A DNA stretch of 58,233 nt, filler included, from Porpidia crustulata (taxonomy: Eukaryota), in NCBI GenBank assembly GCA_964255105.1. It is 4 parts of 4 records of this genome, joined end to end, with 100 filler letters (N's around TTAATTAATTAA, not from the genome) between each part and the next. Parts side by side here need not be neighbours in the genome. Positions count along the whole stretch, not along the records: positions 1 to 14,505 come from CAXUWE010000373.1; positions 14,606 to 29,086 come from CAXUWE010000374.1; 2 more parts are not named here. One strand, 5' to 3'. Shown here piece by piece: positions 12,936 to 25,392 of this stretch; position 1 is the first letter of the stretch; each line of letters opens with the position of its first letter. The position numbers were made by a program, and so were the translations under genes. The notes beneath the pieces were generated by a model. The model ran no database searches and was not told the origin of the DNA. It saw nothing but the letters and a program-made list of their open reading frames with translations.

Positions 12936-14505
12936 CCTGCGAATACGTACAACGTCTTAACCTCGGGGAAGGACAGCGGTGATTCCGTGAGATATCAATA
13001 TATGCCTGGCCAGCATGATCTTCCTGTCTCGAATCCTTCGCAAACCTGGTTTCAATCCGCTCGGGACTAGAAAGCTAGGATTTCTATCGATGGCTCCCGA
13101 AATGTGGGCCCGAGTCGGGTTAGCTCAATTCCAGACTCAGCACGCGATGCGTCTTTACCAAAGTCAAACAAGCATTCAAACGTCATGCCTATCAATCTTG
13201 TCTCTTGCCTTGTATTTCGACGTTACGGCACTATTCTCTCTAGCGCCTCAAGGAAATCTAAGAGCAGCCAAGACTAGAAACCGTTACTCCCTGGCCCTGA
13301 TGCAGAGCGATCCTATTAATCGGCCATGAGTATTGGCCAACTACCGTGCTTACTTTCATTTCACAAACGAGATCTACCTTGATGGAAATCAATGTAGAGC
13401 TTTCATGGGAAAGTCTAGGCCCCTAGACCTGCACTATTTCGCTCTCAACGATGCCAGACTTGGCTAAACTCATCGCTGGGCTTTTGAGAGTTTTTGAGGC
13501 AATCCAAGTGATCACAAGATCATAGGCTTCGACCTGCAACCATTTGCTCCAGAGCAAAGGCCTGTCATCTGACCGATGTCGGAGTCAAGGGAAATTCAAT
13601 GATCTAGCTAGCTAGCACACACTCACCTTGTGAATCACGGAGTATGCCTGCAGAAGAGGGGTTTTCATTCCTACATTCGCTCGTAGCTTTGACATCTGTT
13701 GTACGCAATCCATGGGTCATTGTCGTAAATGCAGATTGGGTCCCAAGCGGAGAACAATTTCTGTCATGAACAGGCAGCCGAGTTGGGTCTTATCCATAAT
13801 ACGGGATTTTGTTGGTGGGTCAAATGAGTTTGTCAAGTAGAACGTTGACAATCGCTCTATCTGTTGAAGCAAAAGACCATCTCGTACCGAGTAATTATCT
13901 CACCACTGCTAATTCACGACAACAGCCTTATTAATAATCAAAGAAACAAAAAAAACCTTAAGACACAAACGCAACACCACCTCTCAAACCTAAGTATCAC
14001 CTATACCTTACAAACACGAATCATCACCGCCACCCTTCTCTTCCAAAGCTCACATTACACATCACTTCCAAAGCCGTCATCTCGAAATGAGGCCGTCCCA
14101 CCACCTTCACGACTTGAATATATTTCAACAAAGGCAATTGTCTGCTATCCCGCGGCGGCAGATCACGAGGTAGCCAGCAGTCATTTGAATGAAAGAGTCA
14201 CGGCTCAACGCTGCCTAGATCTCTATAGAGAATCAATGTACGGCTGACGATCCGAGGGAGCTCCTACAAATTTCATAGGACGCTTACGGCTACAGTGTCT
14301 AACTAGACTGCGAGGCCAGCTATACCGCTACATCGTACTAGTAGCTGAGTTACCAAGGGCTGGGGTTTTCAAGATTGGACGCCTGAGCAGGGCTTATTGA
14401 CAAAAAGACGCGTGGCGTTTTCAACAGCGATTCAGGTGACGGACGAAGTTGGAGACACCTAATGATATGTATTATCTACAACTTACCGTCCGTGCCCTCC
14501 CCCAC

Positions 14506-14605
14506 NNNNNNNNNNNNNNNNNNNNNNNNNNNNNNNNNNNNNNNNNNNNTTAATTAATTAANNNNNNNNNNNNNNNNNNNNNNNNNNNNNNNNNNNNNNN
14601 NNNNN
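14506..14605. other. Artificial contig linker N44-TTAATTAATTAA-N44
   Basis: The 12-mer gives stop codons in all six frames; identical to the two other linkers. Confidence 0.97.
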
Positions 14606-15124
14606 GTGCATTTATTTATTATTGATATTAATATTGATTTATTAGCGAATGATAGAAAGTAGAAATCGAGTGACCCCCTGGCCTGGTGCGCGCAACCGCT
14701 TATGCAGCTAAGGATATTGATACAGGCACACGTCTATTGAATAAGGCAATTATGAGTATAAAGTGCGGAAGGAACTAAAAAATAAAGTGTCTGAATTGCA
14801 CAATCGCTTCCCGTACCTTATTAATTGTACGGTATGTCAGGTTCTCACAGCTACGCCTGACGTGCTGTCGTGTTCGACGTTTGATCGACAAAGCATGATA
14901 TTAAATTCATCTTAGCGTGTTTCTCATTCGTCACCAGACGTACAGCATTACTTATCAATTCATTCGATTCATCCCATTACTTATCGTACCATGATTCTGA
15001 CCGCCTGTTACCGTACCGAAGCGTAATTTTGAGCAGAGATCATTTACTAGTCTTACGCTTTGACAACCACTGAGCCTCACCACCGACTGACTACCCTTAC
15101 ACGCTCCGCGGTCCATCCCATACA

Positions 15125-16365
15125 ATGTCTTTAGTGTCAGGCCCAGGGAGAGGCGGGGTGCAGTCAAGTGAGAGTGTTCCCAATGAACACGGCCTGTTCG
15201 TCGATAGTCATGTCAAATATATCAAGAGCTTAGATTCCGTAAGCTGCTCTGCTAGAGCGTGAAAACACAGTCTCCGCGCTCATAAGCTGACAGCGTAGAG
15301 ATGAGCTGGAGTACTGGCTGACCGAGCATCTTCGTTTGAATGGTGTCTACTGGGGGCTGACTGCTTTGCACCTACTGGGCCACCCGCAAGCATTGCCGAG
15401 GGATGAGACCATCGCCTTTGTCTTGTCTTGCCAGCATGACAATGGCGGCTTTGGCGCTGCTCCTGGTCACGACGCGCACATGCTGTACACCGTGAGTGCT
15501 GTTCAAATTCTAGTGACCGTCGATGCGTTGGAGGAGCTGGAGAAACACGGAAGTGGTGGAAAAGCGAAGGTCGGAAAATGTGTGTGTTCATGAAATAGAA
15601 AATTGAGGACTCTGTAGGTTCTGGCAATCGCTGACTTCAATGACTCAGTTATTGCAGACCTGCAAGATCGTGATACTGGTACGTTTGCCGGTGATGAGTG
15701 GGGCGAGAAGGATACACGCTTCCTGTTTGGGGCTCTCAATGCTTTATCTTTGCTCCGTCTCTTGGACACCATTGACTTGCCAAAAGCTATTTCACACGTG
15801 CAGGCCTGTGCCAACTTCGATGGCGGCTACGGCGTAAGCCCTGGAGCTGAGTCACATGCTGGGCAGGTTTACACTTGTGTCGGGGCGTTGGCTATCGCAG
15901 GCCGCCTAGACCTGGTTGATAAAGATCGACTGGGAGGCTGGCTGAGTGAGCGTCAACTTGATAATGGTGGACTCAATGGTAGACCGGAGAAGTTGGAAGA
16001 TGTTTGTTATAGTTGGTGGGTAGCGAGCAGCCTTGCAATGCTCGATCGGCTACATTGGATTAATGGAGAAAAGCTTACCGAATTCATCCTGAAGTGTCAG
16101 GTATGAGATCTTGTCCACTTCGTTTTGTGCTATGGTTGACCTTGGCAGGATCCTGACTTGGGCGGTGTTGCCGATAGGCCTGGTGACATGGTCGATGTTT
16201 TTCACACTCTTTTCGGTATCGCCGGTCTCAGCTTGCTTGGGTTCTCAGGTCTGGAAGAAGTTGATCCTATCTAGTGAGTCATGCATGTATTTACCTAAAT
16301 CACTTTACTGATCTGGTTGCAGTTGCATGCCCGCCAATGTCATCAAACGAGCCCTTGCCGCTTGA
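15125..16365 (+). CDS. BET2: Rab geranylgeranyltransferase (type II) beta subunit (exons 15125-15238, 15294-15579, 15649-16100, 16149-16273, 16323-16365)
   Basis: [104 protein letters not shown]. Four GT..AG introns keep the frame. Confidence 0.93.
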
Positions 16366-16944
16366 TTCGTCGATGCGACTTCAAGAGGATCAAATTCGCG
16401 CCATCAGCTACGTGGTTGATTTCCTGCCACAGATGTCCAACTTAGCAATTTCTCTGGGATTGCAGGTTTCCAAGCAAGAGAAGAGACATGTCTCGTATGC
16501 CCCAGATCCTACCTATCCTCAATATCTAACAGACAGCACGTCTAAGAGCAACGAGGCCCATTTTTGTTCATTGATACCGCAGTATTAAGTCAGTGTTACC
16601 CCGTAGATGCAGAAGAAGAATTCTTTGGTTAAGGGGACGACGCAAAGAGCCAAACGATGGTATTAAATCTAGAGAGCTGTAACTTCCTTAAAATACTGTA
16701 ATTGCGGGTCATGCCTTCCTTCTTGGTTACCTATAAAGTATCAGACGAATACACGGTCCCGAAACGCTTGACATTCCCACGGTCGCTTCCATCTTGTCCC
16801 AATCTCGTAACTCGCTCTCCCTCTTACTATCGCTCTTGAATGCAAAGTCTTATGACGTGGTAAAGAGCACTCCGCCCTGGATTACCAGCAAGCAGTATTG
16901 CCGTGGAGTCCATCATTGCTTCCTCGCTAAGTGTGTTTTCTTCC

Positions 16945-18972
16945 ATGAAGACCGTCGCTTTTATGGCTTCTATTCCTCTTCTTTGCAACATTTGTCCCAA
17001 GCATCCTGACTTCAGTGATATCTCTCATTTGCTCACACACGTCAGCTCGAAAGGGCATCTCTCGCATTACTTCAAAGCTCAAGTTCGAAGCCGTCAAGAG
17101 CCCCAGATCTCTCGACAATTAGAAGTCTACGATCGCTGGTATGATGAGCATCGCATCGAGAAGCTGCTATCTCAGCGGATGATTCTGAAGGAGTCTAAAA
17201 ACGCTACCAACACCTCAAGAAGCACAAAAAACAAGCCCTCTGCTCCTAACAAGACAGCCAAATCCACGAAGAAGCTAGCAAGGGCCGAGGTCGCTGTATC
17301 CCATAGTAGAACGCAGACTAAAGATGAGAACGTTATTGATCCACAGCTTTCGCAGAGCCGGACGACCCCAGCATCGGCTTTGCTTCGAAGACGACCTTCG
17401 TCGCTATGCTCACCAGGACCAGATCTTCCGTCTCAACATCGAGCGTATGCCCCCCGCATGCGTGCATGGCCTGCCGCGGGTAAAGACGCACTTGAAAATC
17501 GAAAGACCGCCACGCAGCCACCTCAGTTAATGCCCCAGGCTGTCAGCGCCATCTTCTCGGAAAGCGGAAGCGATTCTGAGCAACTGTTCCTTCAAAGTCC
17601 CACAAAGTCCATCTACCCTGATCCGTCTATTATCCCAAATCTCCCGCACACGAGAGGATTTCGCTCCCCACGACCCAGTTTGGACTATTCCCATGAAGAT
17701 ATACACGGCGAACACGAAGAACCTCCACCCACGGTAGACGAGTCGGAATCCACACAGTCACCTAAATTGAAGGGGATATGTTGGCCAGGTATGGACATTT
17801 TCGATTCTGCAAGTCCAGAGTCTCAGAGGCAACGGAATCAAAAGAAGGATGACTCAATTCTTAAGCAAATGGAGTTAAATTCCATCGTTGTCGAGCCTTT
17901 GGAGCAGATTTTTTGGCCCGAAGGTACGCTTAAGAAGGAACGTATCATCACGGGGATGGTCGAGAGCAGCCCACTCAAGGAGGATAGTCCTAAACTCCGG
18001 CGGAGACGCAACACAAGGGACAAACGGGTTCTGGGTAATACGAGCAAGAACAAGTCACAGGTCTCTAGAGCCTCGGGTTCGTCCAGCTTACCGTCCCGAA
18101 ATGAGAGCCTGCACCCTCTAAATTTCGGAGATCTGTCGGAACGAGCACTTGTTCTGCTCGATACGCCACCACCACATCACCTAGCCGAGGGTCAATTTCA
18201 CGGAACCCCTATTGAAGACAAGAATGTCGAATGGGACTTGACTGCCGGAGATTCAAACATTGGTTGTAAACGTCGGTTCATTGTGTACGATGATGATGCC
18301 ACTGAGGATGAGTTAGAACAGCCTAAGGTGACTGCAGGAAGCAATTCTACGATGAACGATTACCAATTTATGCATCGCTCATATGACCAGTCGGCATCTC
18401 ATCCATCGCGTACCCTTCATTACCCAGACCTCGGGATTCCTTTCACAGCGTCAAAGGACTACCATTCTTCTAATAAACCGGACCACCGGCTAGTACCATC
18501 AAATGGACGGGATCTTAGCCATCAGTCTCATAATCTACCTTTAGCTCTGGACTCGAGGAAGACGGTGGGTAAGGAGAACATTGAGCCAATACTAAATTCT
18601 TCCGGGCGAATCGATGACCGAACGTCGCAATTCGGCCGTGCAAGGAGCGTACAACGATACTTCTCAGTCACTAGTGGATGCATTCCAGAATTCTTTGATA
18701 CGTTACCATCGCAAATGGTATTTGGGGGCTGGTCAGGGCCAAGACCCTCGGGCTCTTCATCCAACCCCTTGAACCCTAATCGGCAATGTCACCAAGTCCA
18801 GCAGCCATATCAGCATGACCCGAGAATGTCAAATACGGCATCTGCCCGCGGCATTAGTCCCCTTAGGATGACTATGGCAAATTTCTCGGCCGACTATCAT
18901 GAACACCAATCTAGCAACATAGACCTCCGTATTGCAGACAAAACCTTCAACAATAGGCGGAAGAGGTTATAG
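16945..18972 (+). CDS. Conserved fungal hypothetical protein with an N-terminal C2H2-like zinc finger
   Basis: Intronless ORF of about 670 aa; IPLLCNICPKHPDFSDISHLLTHVSSKGHLSHYFK (C-x2-C..H-x5-H) and a central block KLKGICWPGMDIFDSA..RNQKKD. Start is ATG 16945 or 16963. Confidence 0.75.
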   Translation: MKTVAFMASIPLLCNICPKHPDFSDISHLLTHVSSKGHLSHYFKAQVRSRQEPQISRQLEVYDRWYDEHRIEKLLSQRMILKESKNATNTSRSTKNKPSAPNKTAKSTKKLARAEVAVSHSRTQTKDENVIDPQLSQSRTTPASALLRRRPSSLCSPGPDLPSQHRAYAPRMRAWPAAGKDALENRKTATQPPQLMPQAVSAIFSESGSDSEQLFLQSPTKSIYPDPSIIPNLPHTRGFRSPRPSLDYSHEDIHGEHEEPPPTVDESESTQSPKLKGICWPGMDIFDSASPESQRQRNQKKDDSILKQMELNSIVVEPLEQIFWPEGTLKKERIITGMVESSPLKEDSPKLRRRRNTRDKRVLGNTSKNKSQVSRASGSSSLPSRNESLHPLNFGDLSERALVLLDTPPPHHLAEGQFHGTPIEDKNVEWDLTAGDSNIGCKRRFIVYDDDATEDELEQPKVTAGSNSTMNDYQFMHRSYDQSASHPSRTLHYPDLGIPFTASKDYHSSNKPDHRLVPSNGRDLSHQSHNLPLALDSRKTVGKENIEPILNSSGRIDDRTSQFGRARSVQRYFSVTSGCIPEFFDTLPSQMVFGGWSGPRPSGSSSNPLNPNRQCHQVQQPYQHDPRMSNTASARGISPLRMTMANFSADYHEHQSSNIDLRIADKTFNNRRKRL

Positions 18973-19664
18973 CTCACCACAGGTCCCCTTCATTCCCGAT
19001 TCCCAAATGCCTACTGGGTATTTCCTGGCGGTTATATCCGGCGATGGAAGGGCACCACCAAGCTTTCTCTCAAGCCGCCAGCACAACTGCCACGCGCGCG
19101 TACTGGTTTCTTACCATATCCCGCGATTGGCGACCCTTCGCTTCTTATCGCGACAGCCATGCCTATCAGCATGTTTGCCTAGCAGAGCTTGTGTAATACA
19201 GTTCCGAGGATTTGGCAGGGGATATGGCTCCATCGCTTGAAAGTGACTCGTATCAAATAATATTAAATATTAGTTTCTTGTCCTTACAGCGACGGATGCA
19301 AGCGCTACATTCTATACAAGTCATGCTGCCCTGTAATCTGGCCACGCTGCTCGAAGTTTAGAAGTTTATAGTCCTTAATATTCAGAAGCTATCTTTATAG
19401 ACTTTATTGCCATGAATGAGAACCTTGTTTGATGCCACGCTGTCAAGCCTCTTCATCGTCAACGAAATTTGTGAAAGTATTTCTCGGCCTGGTGGGTCCA
19501 CTACTAGATGATTGACGTGTGGCTTCTTTGGATACTTTCGAGACGTCCATGGCTTGCATGGCACATGGTTATCCAAATCGTCCTAATTGTCCAGGGTCTT
19601 GACATATGGAGCTAGGTGGCGCGCTAACGTAGGTAGGCGAGAATAACTCGTGTAGTAGTAGTTA

Positions 19665-19670
19665 ACGCGT
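19665..19670. promoter_or_regulatory. MCB-like element (ACGCGT) upstream of MSH3
   Basis: AACGCGTT palindrome about 100 bp before the MSH3 ATG. Single copy only. Confidence 0.3.
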
Positions 19671-19772
19671 TGAACTTACTGCGTCCAGCTTCCTACTCGA
19701 ACGCCTTCATGGCCCTGACTCGAATGGTGAAGGGTTCAAAGCTGATTATGCGTTCCCATTGTCCCTGAAGCT

Positions 19773-22700
19773 ATGACGGTGTCTCATAGATCGTCTCAGA
19801 TCGGTGCTTCGGCCAAGAAGCAACAGTCAATTTCGAGCTTCTTTGCGAAGAATGCTGCCACCCCAAAATCACCCCCAATCCCAACGTCGGAAATACTTCC
19901 TGACACTGGATTGGCTGTGCTTGCTGGTGATAGTAAGAATAGTGATGATGTCGAAACTTCACCTGTGGAACCCGACGAGGATGACAATTCGTTACCAGCC
20001 TCGAGAAGAATTTCAAGAATGTCGAAGCGGGCAATTGATGAGCAGGGCGAGCTCTCAGGCCTCGCCAATGGCGAAGGTCCTGCAGATGTACCTCATGTCA
20101 AACGCCTCCGAAGAGCGGGCACGCACAGAAACGACAAAGACATTCCACTCCGTCACAATACAGACATTGAGCAGCAACAAATCAACGGCAAAGTATTGAC
20201 CCCTGTTGCTGCCAATGAAGTCAAGAAGAGCCGCCTACGTGAACAAACGTCCAAATACGCGTTTTCCAGCTCACCCACGCCGCACGATGAAGCTATCGTG
20301 GATGATGTAGAGACAAAGAAGATGAAGGAGCGACTTCATCAGAAATTCGTGAAGAAGCTTGGTCGTCCAGACAGCATTGCAGAGATCAAAAGACGTAATT
20401 GGCAGGCCACGGAGGAGTCGACTAATGTCCTCGCCGAGGTAGAGGACGTCGAGGAAGAAGAAGAGACGATTGCCAAGACGTCTGCGAAGGGTAAGAAGAG
20501 TACAGCCGCAAAGAAGGGCGGGAACAAGCTCACACCGATGGAAAAGCAATTCCTAGAGATTAAGAGGCAGCATCTTGATACTATACTGATTGTTGAGGTT
20601 GGCTATAAGTTCAAGTTCTTTGGTGAAGATGCGAGAGCTGCGGCTAAGGAGTTGAGCATCGTCTGCATACCTGGGAAGATGCGTTACGATGAACACTCAT
20701 CAGAGTCACATCTGGATCGTTTCGCTTCAGCCAGCATACCAGTACATAGATTACATGTTCACGTCAAGCGTCTAGTAGGAGCAGGCCACAAGGTTGGCGT
20801 GGTCCGGCAACTAGAGACGGCGGCTCTGAAAGCGGCTGGGGACAATCGTAACGCTCCATTTACTCGGAAGCTCACAAATCTTTACACGAAAGGAACCTAC
20901 ATCGACGATGTCGAAGGCTTAGAGGGACACACAGGCAGTGATGGAGGTGGGACACCTGCCACAGGCTTTCTTGTTTGCATTACAGAGACCAACGCAAATG
21001 GCTGGGGTACCGATGAGAAGGTCCACGTCGGTGTTGTAGCAGTACAACCCGCAACTGGTGATGTGATTTATGACGACTTTGAGGACGGATTTATGAGGAG
21101 TGAGATCGAGACCAGACTGCTTCACATAGCTCCTTGCGAGATCTTGATTGTTGGCATTTTGTCCAAGGCAACGGATAAATTGGTGCAGCATCTTTCGGGC
21201 AGCAAGACCAATGTCTTTGGTGATAAGGTCCGAGTAGAGAAGGTTGAGAGACCAAAGACCATGGCAGCGCAGGCTTATAGTCATGTTTCAAATTTCTACG
21301 CTGGAAAGATGACAGCTATAAATAATGCCGAGGACGAGCACGCTAGCAAGCTGCTTGACTTCGCATCAAAGATGTCCGAAGATGTCACCATCTGTCTTTC
21401 GGCCATGATTAAGCACATGTCGGAATACGGACTTGAGCATGTTTTCGACCTCACCAAATATTTCCAGTCGTTTAGTGCGCGGTCCCATATGCTACTCAAT
21501 GGAACAAGTCTGACGAGTTTGGAGATCTACCAAAATCAGACAGACCAATCAGAGAAGGGGAGTCTCTTCTGGACTCTCGATAGAACCAAAACTCGCTTTG
21601 GTCAACGCTTGCTACGTAGATGGGTAGGCAGACCACTCCTAATCAAGGCTGAGCTTGAAGACCGGATTGCTGCGGTGGAAGAGCTTAAGGACGGTGAACG
21701 AAGTATGAAAACAGATAAACTGAAGCATTTGCTATCCCAAATTAAAAGCGATCTGGAGAAGAGCCTCATTCGTATCTACTATGGGAAGGTGAGCATTCTG
21801 GGTGCTTCTATCGGTTGCTTTGACTAAAATCCTTAGTGCACACGACCCGAGCTTTTGACCGTGTTGCAAACGATGCAGCGAATTGCGAATGAATACGTCA
21901 CAATTAAGTCATCGGCTGATGCTGGGTTCAAGTCCTTTACACTTAACAATGCCATTGCCAGTCTCCCGAAGATATCCGAAGATGTTTTAGCGTATCTTGA
22001 GAAAATAAATCCTCAAGCCGCCAAGGATGACAATAAGTACGAATTTTTCCGAGATGAGGAAGAAAACGAGGATATCAGTGAACACAAAATGGGGATTGCT
22101 GGCGTTGAATATGAGCTTGATACACATCGTGCTGCTGCAGCCGAGAAGGTTCGAAAGAAAAAGGTAGAGTATGTCACAGTCGCAGGCATTGAGTATCTCA
22201 TTGAAATCGGGAATGACCAAATCAAGAATGTTCCAGCTTCATGGGTCAAAGTTAGTGGCACGAAGAAATTGTCGCGCTTCCATACACCGGAGGTTGTGCG
22301 TCTTATCCGCGAACGAGACCAGCACAAAGAAGCCTTGGCTGCTGCTTGCGATACCGCATTTACTACTCTTTTAGGAGACATTGCTGCAAACTATCAATCG
22401 TTCCGAGACTGCATACAAGCTCTCGCTACGCTAGACTGTCTATTGTCTCTTGCAACTATCGCCAGTCAACAAGGCTACGTGAAGCCTGACTATTCTGATT
22501 CTGCTTGTATCTCGATTAGTCAAGGCAGGCATCCTATGGTCGAACAGCTGCTCCTCGATGCCTACGTTCCAAATAGCACAGAACTCGACACTAATCATAC
22601 CAGAGGCTTGTTGATTACTGGCCCTAACATGGGTGGTAAGTCCAGCTACGTGAGGCAGATCGCTTTGATCGCCATCATGGGCCAGATAGGCTCGTACGTA

Positions 22701-23404
22701 CCTGCAGAATCCGCGAAACTTGGCATGCTTGATGCCGTGTTCACACGGATGGGAGCATTCGACAACATGATGGCTGGTGAATCTACCTTCATGGTGGAGC
22801 TCTCAGAAACCTCGGATATACTCAAGCAGGCCACGCCAAGGTCGTTAATCATCTTGGATGAGCTAGGTAGAGGTACATCAACGCATGACGGTGTAGCAAT
22901 TGCGCAAGCCGTTCTAGACCATGTTGTCAGAGACATCAAGAGCTTGACCCTTTTCATTACCCACTACCAAAATCTCAGCACTTTGGCGAAAGGTTTCGAG
23001 AATGCAGAATTGAAGAATTTCCACATGCAATTCCGGGAGGGAGGTGAAGGGGGACAAGACATCACGTTTCTATATGAAATTGGAGAGGGCGTGGCACACC
23101 GATCTTATGGGTATAATGATCCGTGAAAGCTAGTGAAGTATGTGCTGATGAAATGGTAGCTTGAACGTTGCCCGCCTCGCGAACGTTCCTGAATCGGTAC
23201 TCAGTGTCGCTGCAATCAAATCAAAGGAACTGGAAGACGATGCGGCTGAAAAGAGTGTTTCCCACCTGTAAGTCTGGACTTCATAAGCGTACGTAGATAA
23301 TTGCTAACATGCATGCCTATAGGTCCCGCACGTTGTGTGACGTACTTGTTTCTCAAGAACCCAGCCATTTAGACCAACTTATCACCGAAATCGAGCAGCT
23401 ATAG
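19773..23404 (+). CDS. MSH3: DNA mismatch repair protein MutS homolog 3 (exons 19773-21788, 21837-23110, 23160-23267, 23323-23404)
   Basis: PIP box [29 protein letters not shown] (Msh3-type GYK); Walker [33 protein letters not shown] after splicing. Confidence 0.96.
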
Positions 23405-25392
23405 TGATAAACATGAAGAATTGCGAATTACTACTTATTCAGTAGCAGCAAACTGGACCTACACTGTGTAGCACAGTGTGTAAGAGATCTTATGTAATGT
23501 AAGCTCATATTCCTATCTACAGACTCTTTCTTTTCATGATGAATACAAATGTCAGAAAATCAAAATCATTGATTGTTTGCATATGCAACCTCGTGAGAAT
23601 TACCCAATTAGACTCTGACAGTTTTATCTTTCTTTCACGTTCTAAGACTGTCTTGGAGTGCTATAGTTGATGAATGAAAATACAGTCAACTACATCTGCA
23701 ACAAAGATACAAAGTAATATACAGCATACATCGAGGTCAGTCAAAGCTTTGTCACATCCAATCCGTATCACGATGTCTATGATGCTCTTTCATATGTTTT
23801 AATGGTTGAATACATGCTCCTAGCGGCATTTCATGAAATCACTATCAGTCATTCTCCTGAGACTAGCACTTCCCGATACTACAATCTCGCCAGCAATATT
23901 GAAGACCTTGCTGATTCCAGTAATGTTTCAACCAGGCGGTTGGGAATGCGAATTACTCTATCCCGCCTCGATATCTGATCGCATTGTATCTTCGGTTCTT
24001 GAAACCGTACAACTTGGTATGAGGCGTGCAAAGATATTTGCAAGCCCTTTAATTCATACTCCACATGAGTGCAGTGTCATGTCAAGTATCGTCGGTCAAT
24101 CATACTCTGTGTGATATCAATTAATCAGTGGTACCCACACGAAAAGCTTTGAGTCGATGGATGGATTTCGAAGTGGTCGAGGTTCGGACATGGGAACATA
24201 TATAGATGATAATCTAAGCCATTGATTTATCATTATAGCTACCATTTTACCCGAGGTAGAGGGCAAGACTCCGGTAAGTATAGACCAGACTTTATCGAAA
24301 GGATCGTTCAGGCAGGTGATACGATCAAGGTTTGACTATAGCCTCCTCTACTCTTCTATCGCGTCATTGATGATTATTCAAATTGTACTCTGAGGTTGTG
24401 CGCAAGCTCACCGTCTTGATGACTAATACCCACAAAATCTGAGACTTATTAGAGCTGTATTTTGTCAGTATCCATTTCTCGTATGTCTTAAAGGTGACCT
24501 TGTATGAGAACATAGTCAACGGAATTCCTGATCCTACGTATGTCTAGCGGTACGAGCAATAATAGCAGGCGTCTTCAGGCAGCTGTCACATGATATCTTG
24601 TCGATTTATGCACTATTCCCGCGAGGGAGGCTTTGAGCTATGAGTATTTGACCTTGACTATATAGCCGCGAACTTCATCTGTGGAAAAAAGCTCTTGTCA
24701 GCGATGGTATGAGAGGCACCCGTAGAATGCTTCCAAATTCCACTACCCAATCTTGTGCTTGGATCTGCCCATACCTCATGATGTGGACATAGAAATTTCG
24801 GTATTTCGCTTGAATACTGGATGCTCTCAAATGAAAAGAGCTGGTCGTCGGATTGTCATGGCAACCTTATCTTTTATGCAATCACTTCTTTTTTGGCGGT
24901 TGCTTGGAGCAGTGTGGATAATTACGGGAGTCTTGAGGTTCGATCTTTCCCAATTTGGAACTTTTGGAAGCTTGAAGTACTGCCTTGATCCAACACCACC
25001 TGTCATTTAACTTGCTGACAGCGTCAATTAACTTGACCGCCTCTATCAACATTAAAGTTAGGTAATTCATGGAGCGCTGGCCGCGACATCCTGTTGTGCA
25101 TCATTACCGATCTTTCATCTCTAAGTACTCCTTTCTGATCTAAGTACTTGACTCAGTCCGGAGCCTTACAACGTAATAGCCGTATCCCCTTACTGGTCTT
25201 TGTTCTCGACACAAATCCAGTCCCTCTTGACACACCGATCAACCTATATCACCTATACTCCGATAGTCATGGAAACCTACATCGGCGGGCTCTAAGCTTC
25301 CAGTCTGGACTAGTCGACCTTTCGAAGCCCCTAGCGCTATAGCTATTCTTTAAAACACCAGCCGCAGTGCTGAGACGATTCCCTGAATTAGG

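Noticed and set aside
14550..14561. Palindrome TTAATTAATTAA recurring three times at about 14.6-kb spacing
   Set aside because: Embedded in N44 runs; a synthetic six-frame stop linker, not a target site or biological repeat.
3634..23404. Apparent DNA-repair cluster (XLF and MSH3)
   Set aside because: The genes lie on different contigs separated by an artificial linker.
23405..25392. AT-richer spacer after MSH3 (possible decayed transposon; small hairpin at 23461-23479)
   Set aside because: No terminal repeats or transposase/RT motifs seen; an 8-bp stem is expected by chance.
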